Of a DNA stretch of 64,000 nt, positions 53,826-64,000 are shown piece by piece. The first letter of the stretch is position 1, and every line of letters starts with the position of its first letter. Both the position numbers and the translations under genes were made by a program. A model generated the notes under the pieces. The model did not search any database and was not told the DNA's origin. It saw only the letters and a list, made by a program, of their open reading frames with translations. Source of the stretch: Squalus acanthias (Eukaryota); assembly GCA_030390025.1 (NCBI GenBank), contig CM059432.1, forward strand, positions 100,504,001 to 100,568,000, read 5' to 3'.

Positions 53826-54740
53826 CAGAGAGAGAGAATTTTTTTTTGCATCCAAGTCCTCTCGCACCAAATGCCATGCAGTCTCTGAAGACATTCAATG
53901 CAGCAGCATCAGAGGCGACTTTCACACATCTCCGTTGTAATAGTAGACCTGCAGCCGATAGTCAGCTATCCACTTGTGCTCCCGCCAGGTTTCACTGGAG
54001 TGTTTCACACCAGGCATGCTTCACGTCAGAAAAGGGTTAAACTAGCTAAAACATTTCAAAATGGCATTACAGAGCCAATTTAGAGCTTGTTAAGGGCTTT
54101 AATGGCCTCTCCCGCCTCTTGCAGGCGGGACGGAGTCGGGAACCCCGCGACTGATTTTGTCAAAATTGCGTGGAGGCGGGATGGAGTCGGGACCCCCGAC
54201 CCCGCAAATTTAACCCCCCACACGCCTCCAAACCCGACTCCATGGGTCATTCAAAATCCAGCCCAATATCTTTGGTCTTCCCAATATTTAGTTGGAGGAA
54301 ATTTCTGCTCATCCAGTACTGGATGTCGGACAAGAAGTGTGACAAATCAGATACAGTGGAGGGGTCGAGAGAGGTGGTGGTGAGGTAAAGCTGGGTTTCG
54401 TCAAGTGCATGTGGAACCTGACACTGCGTTTTCGGATGATGTCACCGAGGAGCAGCATGTAGATGAGAAATAGAGGGTGCAAGGATAGATCCTTGGGGGA
54501 CGCCAGAGAGAGAGGTGACGATGGCATATTTGAAGGGGAGGGGGACAGTACCTGAGGAGAGGGAACCATTAACAATATCAGCTAACATGGGGGACAGGAA
54601 GAGAAGTTGGGTGGTCAGCAGTTTGGTGGGAACAGGATTGAGGGAGCAGGAGGTGGGTCTCATGGACAAGATGAGCTCGGAGAGGGCATGATGGGAGATA
54701 GGAGAGAAACTAGAGAAAGCTGTGAGTTCAGGGCTTGGGC
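52686..54740 (-). mobile_element. L2-type LINE 3' part, interrupted by a MITE
   Basis: GCAAGTTGTTGTTGTTG tail; SGVPQGSIL, CSLNPVPTKLL motifs. Confidence 0.85.
53497..54264. mobile_element. Harbinger-like MITE (family of 21501-22173, opposite orientation) containing an (AG)n/(AGAGAC)n microsatellite at 53780-53836
   Basis: Perfect TIR GGGCTGGATTTTG / CAAAATCCAGCCC; no clean TSD. Confidence 0.85.
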
Positions 54741-55199
54741 AGGGGAGGCAGCTCTGTGCAGCGCTACAGGTGTGGTTGGCCACCCCCTATTATTTAAATA
54801 ACCATGTCCGGAATTTGGGATGGGGTGAGTGCAAGGTAAAAGTGGCAGACAGAAGTTCCACCCTCTTTTTTGTGCACTGTGTAAAAATATCTTGGAAGAG
54901 ACAAAGTCCCTGCATTTTCTATTTTCTTCTGTATCATTCACTGGAAAAAAAAACTCTCCTCCATTTCTCTAACAAACGCACTTGCACACTCCCAACTGTC
55001 TGGTCTTTGACCCTCCTTTCGCCGAGGTACCTCTGCAGTTGTTGATTTTTGCAATTCCTCAGTCATCACTAGTTTTGATGCCTTGGTCCTCAGCAAAACT
55101 TTCATAGTTGCCCATTCCTGTTGTACATACCCCACCTTTGATCCCTCAAGTCCGAGGAGTGAAAACTTAAGTGCACCTGGCACACAGTTAGCTTAGCCA

Positions 55200-56792
55200 T
55201 CCATTGTCAGATCTGGCTCTACTAGACCTTGTTCTCCTCTGCCGAAACCGATCACTAGCCCTGAACCCTCATATTACGTATTTCTTTTTTATCTTCCGAC
55301 CTCACTTTCCAAGTTTATCTCATCCATGAGACCCACTTCTTTCTCTCTCATTCTCACTAAAGTACTGACCACCTGACCTCTCTTCCTGCCTCCATGCTAG
55401 CTAAAATTTTAAATGGTTACTTTTCGTCAGGCACTCCCCCTTCCATTTCTAAACTGCTTTCATCACCCCTCATCCTCAAAAAAAGCCATTAAACTCTCTG
55501 TCCTTGCTAACTATCACCCATCTCCAACCTCTCCTCCGTCACTTTCTAGCTCTGTACCCGTTTCTGCACAATTTCCTGTTTTAATCCTCCCACTTTGGGT
55601 TCTACCTTTTCCACAGTATCAAAATGGCTCTAACCACAGTCAAGAATGACACTGTAGCAATGATCATGATGCATTATCCTTTCTTGCTCTCCTCAACCTC
55701 TCTGAAGCCTTCAGCACCACCAATCACACCATCCTCTTCCGATACCTCTCCTCTGTTGTCCAGATCTACTGGATTGCCCTTATGTGGCTCCATTCTTTTC
55801 AATCTGATCATAGCCAAAGCACCTCTAGCAATGGCTTCTCTACCCTCGCCTGCACTGTCACTTCTGGAGTTTCCAAGGATCTAGCCTCCTCCACTTTATG
55901 TACATGTTGCTCTTTGATGATATTATCCACAGACCTGGTGTCAGCTTCCAGACTTATGCCAACACCCACCTCTCTCAACCCTCACCGCCTCCGTGCTGTC
56001 AGACAGCTTGTTTGATGTCCAGTCTTGGATGAGCCTAAACTGCTTCTAGTTAAATACTGTGACGACCAAAGCCATTGTCATTGATCCCACACAAACTTCA
56101 TACCAATGCATTGTCTCCATCTTTCTCCTCCGCAACTGTCTCAGCTAAACCAGACTGTACACAACTTCAGCATGCTCTTCAAACCCAAGCTGAGCATCCA
56201 ACCTCATATCCTCTCCATCACAAAGACTACCTACTTTCACGAGAGACATCTGCTACTGAAATCCTCATTCATGCCTTTGTCATTTTGAAACTCAATTACT
56301 CTAAAGCACTCCTGGCCGGCCTCCCATCCTCCCTAAATTTCAGTTCATCCAAAACTCTTCTGTCCATATCTGCATCAATCCCACTTGGCCTCCGATCCCA
56401 TAATGCCTCAAATTTAAAATTCTCATCCTTGTGTTAAATTTCTTCATGGCATTACCCCTCACTAATTTTGTATCCTTCTCCAGCCCGAGAAACCACCCCC
56501 CCCTCCCCCTCCCCCCGCAATTCTCCATTACTTTGAGTCCAGCCTCTAATTCATTCACCTCTCCTTCTACCTTATCATTGGTGGCCATGCTTTCAGTTGC
56601 CATGGTCTCACTCTCTGGAATTCCTTCACTAAATCCCTCTTCCTCTTTACATCCTTCTTCTGCTTTAAGACCCTCCTTAAAACTCACCTCTTTAACCAAG
56701 CTTTTGGTCACCCCTCCTAATTTCTATTTCATATGCTTGGCATCCGTGCATCTCTCTTCTAATTTTCTACATTATAAATTAAAGTTGTTGTT
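55200..56792 (+). mobile_element. Degenerate L2-type LINE
   Basis: LANYHP, EILIHAFVILKLNYSKALLAGLP, LKLTSL remnants; GTTGTTGTT tail. Confidence 0.75.
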
Positions 56793-57002
56793 ATGAACTT
56801 TAGTCCATTTATCAATATGTGCAGGATAACAACTGAGAGAAATTACAATAGGATTAAATTATTTGTAAACCTCAATTAAGCAAATGATTAATTATCCACA
56901 ACTATTTAGATCAGGTATATAAATTGAAAATGTAAAGAAATATTGCCCATAGTTATGCATCTCCTTTGCAGCCTGCTCATTTAAAAACTTTTTTTGTCAC
57001 TA

Positions 57003-57242
<240 letters not shown>

Positions 57243-58809
57243 TCAGTGGTTATTAAAAAAATATAAACATTTCAAAATTGAAGATAGGTTTAAAGTTTCA
57301 AAATATGCAAAAATAATTCTACAATTCTATGCTGTTGAACATTATAGATGCAATTATGAAACTACACAGTTCTGTGGAACATTTAATTCATTGCATTAAA
57401 TTAAAGTTAAATGCGATTTTCTCATAGTTCAATTGGGATATACAATTTTCATCAATCCACAAATTGCAACAAGTATGGTGCAAAATTACAGAATGCTGTA
57501 TGAGTGTTAGCTTTCAAAGAATTGTGAATTACAAAGTTAGTCTCAATAATACATCAATTATTCTAATGATTAGAACATGTAGAGCATGAGAATTATTAAG
57601 AACACCATCAACCTCACCAGTCACCATGGGGGAATGCTTTCTGCTGTTGTTTAATAACAACAATGGCAGAAGTGGACGTTAAAACAGATGGGAAACTGGG
57701 AGATAAGCTGAAACTGCTAGTTCTTCTCCTTTTCTGCGCTACTCCCTCTTTACCACCCAAAAAAAAGGGAGCAAAATTGGTAACAATGTTTTTTGTTGAA
57801 AAATCTGCTGTTGCTTGTTAAAGCCCAGGTAACAAACTTTTAGAGAAAGATGCAACAGTGTTCCACTGGGGAAAGTTAAACGACCAGATAGGAATTAGCT
57901 CACCTGCTGAGCTGGAGGTAATTCAAGGGTGGGAGTGGCTAAACTGTTTGACAGTGTTTCTGTTCAACATGGATTTTGCAGTACTTTTCGCAATAAATAG
58001 TTAAGAATTGTTGTTGGTGGCCAGGGAGCACAGGTTCTATTGGAGACTAGCAATCCACCCTATCAATTACACTGGGCTTTTAAACAGTCTTCTGCAGTCA
58101 GTGGCACTTTAATCAGCTGAGCAGTGTTAAGCTCAGGGGCACTTTAAACAGAAGAGCAATAAACTGTTGAAAGGTCCTGATGCACATTCAGCTGTATATT
58201 TTATTCTCCCTCATGGGAAATTGAAAATTGCAAGGTTTGGATGTTGAAATAAGAAATTACAAGAACAAAGAATGCTAGAACTAGCCAAGAAATTAATTTA
58301 AACACTGTTCTCAATAAAATGCACACAATTTCTAGCACTTGCTCTTTGTTTCCGATTCCAGAACTTGATTACACACATAAATCTATAAGTGAAAATTCTG
58401 AATTGGCCAAGTCAGTGAATCAAGTTGTACAAATTTGCTGTTCTTCTTAAATTCCTAGTTTTCATTTCTTCACAGCTGGATTAATGTCCTTGGCCAGTAC
58501 TTGATTTGTTAAATGACTATTAAGCCACTCGAGAGTCAAGGAATCAGTATTATTGGAATCAAGTCCTGATTATCCAGGTTTCTACCAGCAAGATTATCAA
58601 AATCCTGCACAGCAAACTCATCCAGTGAAAAACTGAAGCAATTGTCATTCTATTCATTGCCATGAATCTCACCTTTCCTTTGGTTATTTTAGCACCTGGG
58701 TTCCCAAAAGGGGAAAACATCCCCCCATCCCGTATCCCTCAATTCCTCTCTAGAAACATTTCTAATTAACATTTCTACTGTCCACTTCAATGGTATTAAT
58801 TTATTTAAT

Positions 58810-59258
58810 AGAATCATAAAATAGTAGGTGGCCATTCAGCCCATCGAGTCTGCGCCAGCTCTTTCGAAGAGCAATCCAGTTAGTCCCATGCCCCACACTT
58901 TCCCTATATACCTGTAATTTTTTCTCCTTCAAGTATTTATCAATTCCCTTTTGAAGGCTACTATTGAATCTGTATCACCACCCTATAAGGCAGTGCATTC
59001 CAAATCCTAACCACTTGTTGTGTAATACATTCTCTATATTTCTCTATCTAAATCCTTCATGATTTTAAACACCTCGATCAAATCTCCTCTTAGCCTTCTC
59101 TGCTCCAAGGAGAACAACCCCAGCTTCTCTAGTCTATCCACGTTACTATAATCCCTCAACCCTGGAACCATTCTAGTAAATCTCTTCTGTACCCTCTCCA
59201 AAGACTTCACATCCTTCCGAAAGTCTGGTGCCCAGAATTGGACACAATACTCTAGTTA
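58810..59258 (-). mobile_element. Old CR1 3' fragment
   Basis: CCCAGAATTGGACACAATACTCTAG (reverse complement encodes LEYCVQFW) and CR1-like tail. Confidence 0.7.
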
Positions 59259-60055
59259 TTTCAAATTCTATTACCTTCTGAATGAAAAATTTCCACCTGG
59301 CTGCCCTTCTAATTCCTGATTTCCTAAATTTAACTCATGTTCCCTGGTAGTTAAACAATTAAATCGGGGATAGTTTTGCCAATTCTCTTCATCAATGAAA
59401 ACTTTTATTAAGTCACCTCTAAGCTTCCTCTTTTTCTAAAGAAGCCAATAATCTTTCCTTGTGAATTAAAATTCCTGACACCTAGAATCATCCTTGTTGC
59501 TTGCTTCTGCACCATCTCAAGGAAAATACTGTATCATCCCTCCTATGCTTAGGTAGCCAATTTTAATCATTACCCTTTTAAATCTTACATTACACCTCCA
59601 ACTACCACACTTCTTGTTTCAATTTAACAGGATAGTCATGATCAATGTTTAGAAGGATTGGCATTATCAGTTAAATATTCTGCACCTCTGGAGTGCGCTA
59701 TCCAGTGATGCAGCTGAGAACTGGTCAAACTAGCTTCGTGAAGACAGGAAAATCCAAACCCTCGAGCATGATAGTCACATGATCACTAAATAAGCAGAGA
59801 CAAGGAAAGCTATTTGGCCCATCTTAACTCATCCATCAGAAAGACAGATCTCCCATCATAGCATCCAACAGGCTCTTGAATGATTTTAAGGTTTTCTCCT
59901 CTATTATTCGCCCTGGAAGTCTATACCAAGTGTTGATTACTCTTAGTGTGAAGAAATTCTTCCTAACATCAATCCTAAATTTTACTTGGTAGAAGTACTG
60001 GACTCCCTTCCCAACAAGTCTTTTATTTATATTTTGCTGTTGGAAAAATGATTTA

Positions 60056-60295
<240 letters not shown>

Positions 60296-60502
60296 TCAAA
60301 AACAAATATTTTACTTTTATAAGACACTTTGGTAACTAGCACATATGTAATAGAATAGATTTTTTCCCCATATTTTCTATTTTAGTTTTGTCCAACACAC
60401 CAAGCACAAGCATTACATTTAGAAAAATTGGGGAAAAAATCACTCATTTTAATAAAATGAAAACTATTTCAATCACCCTGTTTCTTTTCATGTCATTAAT
60501 AT

Positions 60503-61065
60503 CAACGCTGCCTCCGCAAGATCCTGCAAATCCATTGGCAGGATAGGCGCACCAACGTCAGTGTTCTTGCTCAGGCCAACATCCCCAGCATCGAAGCTTT
60601 GACCACGCTCGCTCAGCTCCGATGGACAGGTCACATTGTCCGCATGCCCGATACGAGACTCCCAAAACAAGCGCTCTACTCGGAGCTCCAGCACGGCAAG
60701 AGAGCCCCAGGTGGGCAGAGAAAACGCTTCAAGGACACCCTCAAAGCCTCCTTGAAAAAGTGTAACATCCCCACCGACACCTGGGAATCCCTGGCCCAAG
60801 ACCGCACAAAGTGGAGGAGAAGCATCCGGGAAGGCGCCGAACACCTCGAGTCTCTTCGCCAAGAGCAAGCGGAAGCCAAGCGCAGGCAGCGCAAGGAGCG
60901 CACGTCAACCCAAGCACCCCACCCACCCGCCCCTTCAACCACTGTCTGCTCCACCTGTGTCAGAGACTGTAGGTCCCGCATTGGACTCATCAGCCACCTG
61001 AGAACTCATTTTTAATGTGGAAGCAAGTCATCCTCGGTTCCGAGGGACTGCCTAAGAAGAAGAAG
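60503..61065 (+). mobile_element. RTE-clade LINE 3' end with C-terminal C2H2 finger and (AAG)n tail
   Basis: Open frame QRCLRKILQIHWQDRRTN...QLRWTGHIVRMPDTRLPKQALY...GGQRKRFKD...CSTCVRDCRSRIGLISHLRTH; candidate AATAT TSD. Confidence 0.9.
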
Positions 61066-61389
61066 AATATTAACAGCAAATTGTGCAGTGATTTCCAATG
61101 GATAAATTTATGCTCTCTGATGCTGGGAGTGAATTGAAATTCACAGCCAAAGAGACAAGCCCAGGGGCAAAAGGTGAAACAACAGCTATTTCTACAACAA
61201 TTCACACATCAGTGTTTTTGAATGTAATTTTATTTTGGTTGGCAGTGAACTTACTTCTCCATTAGTATTAGTTAGTGATCAGCCACCACCCTGCATGCTC
61301 GTAGTGCTTAATACTCCATGGCTATTTTATTTAAATTGGAGTGAGTTGGCAGTAATTGCTACCCATTGCTGAATTTCCCCATTATTTGT

Positions 61390-61650
61390 AATAATACTTC
61401 CATTGATGCAGTGCCTTACTGCATCCCAAAGCATTTCATATACAGCGAATGACTTTGATGTGGATTAACTTTTACATAAAGCAATGTGGCACCCAAATTG
61501 CATAGAGTAAGATCCCAGAAATTTAGATCAATGTTCAGTTAATCTTTTTATTATTATTGGTTGAAGGAGGAAAGTTGACCAGGACACTGGGAGAACGCTC
61601 TGTTCTTCTTTGAATCGTGCCATGGGATCTTCAACATCTAGCTGAACCAC
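61390..61650 (-). mobile_element. Degenerate SINE (Deu-domain/SacSINE-like)
   Basis: CTTCTTTGAATCGTGCCATGGGATCTT resembles the Deu core as I recall it. Confidence 0.4.
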
Positions 61651-63509
61651 CAAAGAAATGGTCATTATATTACAAATGAATGTTAAAGCCAACTGAAGCA
61701 TTTAACACTGCTGGGAGTATACAAAATAATAATAAATTATAATTTTTTAATTACATGGATTTAGTCTTATCCACGGTAGGACAAGACTCGAACTGTCCAT
61801 TTTCTCTGAGATTGGCGACAATGGCCCTAAAATTTCATGGGCTGTGATGCTGGCACTTACACTGGGGTTGCACCTATTCCTGCCCTTCAGCACTGACTCC
61901 ACTGAAGTATGTGGAGTTAGCAGTGGGCGGGGAGTGCCCGTGTCTCTAGGGACACATTGTAGCCACCCACTTTGCCCCACAGGCCAGATTGTCCAATGTA
62001 ACTTGACTGTTCTAGGGGTTATCGGATAACATTTTGCATGACCCCAATGTTAAAATATACCTGGATTGTTCGAGAGTCGAGGTCACAATCCAGCCTTGAC
62101 TCCCCATTCCTGTGGGGCCCACTTCCACCCTTGAAGAGGCCATCTTACTGGCTTCTAAAGTTATGCCTGGTCTCTGTGAGGCCAGAGCGCAGGAACTCCT
62201 GACTTAGGGAGTCCGTGCCCCCCTGCCACCTTCTGCCAATTGGCATGTAGGGGCAAGGTCATCCCAGAAACCTTGCCCCCCTACAACCCGAGTTTGCAAC
62301 CATTCCAGCAGATTCCCACTGAAGTTACTGCAGGAATGGCTCATTTTAGCCTCAACATTTTTAAAAAACTGATCCAGTCTGTAGTCTGGCCTCTACTGAT
62401 CATTCCATGACTTGAAGCATAAAATGCAGATTTTGGTCTGCAGTAAAGTTAAATATTTAAATAAAAAGGTCACGCTTGCCAGCAAAAAATAGCCCATTCA
62501 GAGAACCATTTATTTTTAAAGCCAATAAGGCCTTATACTGGTCATTGGGAATGCAGGGCTCTGCTATTTCAAATTCTGCATATATTTTTCATAATTAATT
62601 CAGCTTATATTGTCTTTATGTAGAAGTCCAAATGTAAGTTAAAAAAGATTGTCTGCTTTGTCCTTCATTGCATCTTATTACATCTGTCCTTCACTATTTC
62701 ACCAGTAAATATCTCAAAGGTCAAAGTGCCAGAATATGATGTTCGAGCTATGCTATTTTGTCCACTGATTAAGACCTCCAGAACTGATTTTGAACCTTTA
62801 CTTTGTTTTTCTTCAATTGTATTTGAGCCAAGGCTTTCAAAATACAAGGGTAACTAGGATTTTATAACAGTGCCCAATGTTTTTTTTGTTCCCTAGCCTT
62901 TTATCAGTTACTAATGGTACCAACACAAACCATTTGTTGTCCTTTGATTTTGATAACTGAATGTTGTTTTAGCAGGCATTAAGCATGTTTGAAAGGACTG
63001 AATCAGTATGCAAGTCTAAATCTCCATGTAGTCCAGCACAACTTTTTCTTTTTTTTTCCAAAATTGAAATACATATATTTTGGTTATCTGCTGCTTTTAG
63101 GAGTATACGTAATTCATTGTGTTTAATGGTATGGATATGTATACGCCAGGAAAAATGTGCATTGAAGGGGTCAAGATAACTTGTTTGTACATGGACACTG
63201 GAGTTCACTTGGGTTGAGGGGAGAGTGGTGTCTACATTAACTGGAAGTCAAGATATACTGGGTGTTTCGTAATAATAATTTTGAATACTTTTAAAGAATG
63301 ACCTAAACTATAATGGCTCCATTTTAATAAGGTCTGGTATTTTGTGCTAAATTAGCTTGTCTTAGAAAACAGTTGCTTTATTTCCATTTAGAGCAGTGCC
63401 AAAGCAACACAAGAACAGACATGATAAGGTAGCTTACGCCCTTTATTGTACACTGACTTTCTTTAGTGCAAGTGGAGAAAGGATCAATATGTAATCTGAC
63501 TTGTTTTCA

Positions 63510-63740
63510 GTCACAGTTGGAATTCCCTTCAACTTCTTCAGCTGAAAAAAATATGCGCCATTAACTTCCGCGGAGGTTCTCGATTGTCCACTGTAACTTC
63601 AGTGGAAAATCCGCGGAAACCCCAGAGAGACAGTATAAATGCCATTTAGGTTGTTTCACTCTGGTTTCAGCGGATTTTCCACCAAAAGCACAGCGGACAA
63701 TCAGGAGAAGCCCCACTGAAATTGAACAGGTGCTACCGTT
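63510..63740. repeat. Imperfect palindrome, probably an old MITE
   Basis: GTGGAAAATCCGCGGAAACC..AGAG / CTCTGGTTTCAGCGGATTTTCCAC arms. Confidence 0.5.
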
Positions 63741-63988
63741 GAGAAGCCAGTTTTAGTAACATCCAATAAGCATTGCGATGTGCTCTTAAAACTGCAGATA
63801 CACACTCTTAGATGTGCTGCAGCAGTTGCTATAATTAGTAGTATCAAGAACCCAGAAGAAATTGTAAACTTGCCCACACCAGTATATTTTCCAAAATATG
63901 TTTTGTAACAGTGCCAAAATAAATAAAAGAGGACAGTGACTGGAAAACAAATAGACTCCAAAAACCTGAAACCAAAAGCTGTTCTCAC

Positions 63989-64000
63989 CTGAATGTGACC
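63989..64000 (-). CDS. CSMD3: CSMD3 exon, 3' end only (runs off window); CUB domain, ...GSHS(G)
   Basis: Minus strand reads GG TCA CAT TCA G|gtgaga. The phase-1 donor joins the next exon to give GSHSGESLP, the CSMD motif expected here. Only 12 bp are visible. Confidence 0.7.

Overview
Vertebrate genomic DNA. The repeat families suggest a cartilaginous fish (inference). The window holds an internal part of a giant CUB-and-Sushi gene on the minus strand, best recognised as CSMD3. I found 10 complete exons and the last 12 bp of an eleventh, all with canonical GT..AG sites and consistent phases. They total 1344 coding bp (about 2% of the window). The introns are packed with transposons: CR1 LINEs (one near full length, with zinc-finger/SGNH ORF1 and APE-RT ORF2), L2-type LINEs, a young RTE 3' end, a hAT relic, a solo LTR, and many PIF/Harbinger elements and MITEs with 3-bp TSDs, often nested. 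There is also a 41-bp minisatellite with a 121-bp higher-order unit. I see no convincing new protein-coding system. The most unusual observations are an inverted pair of hairpin-array Harbinger MITEs flanking a transposase-bearing Harbinger, a 429-bp inverted duplication that includes non-LINE flank, an exact 34-bp templated copy of sequence next to a splice acceptor, and relaxed Harbinger target-site usage. Family assignments come from motif recognition, not database searches. Boundaries of old repeats are approximate.
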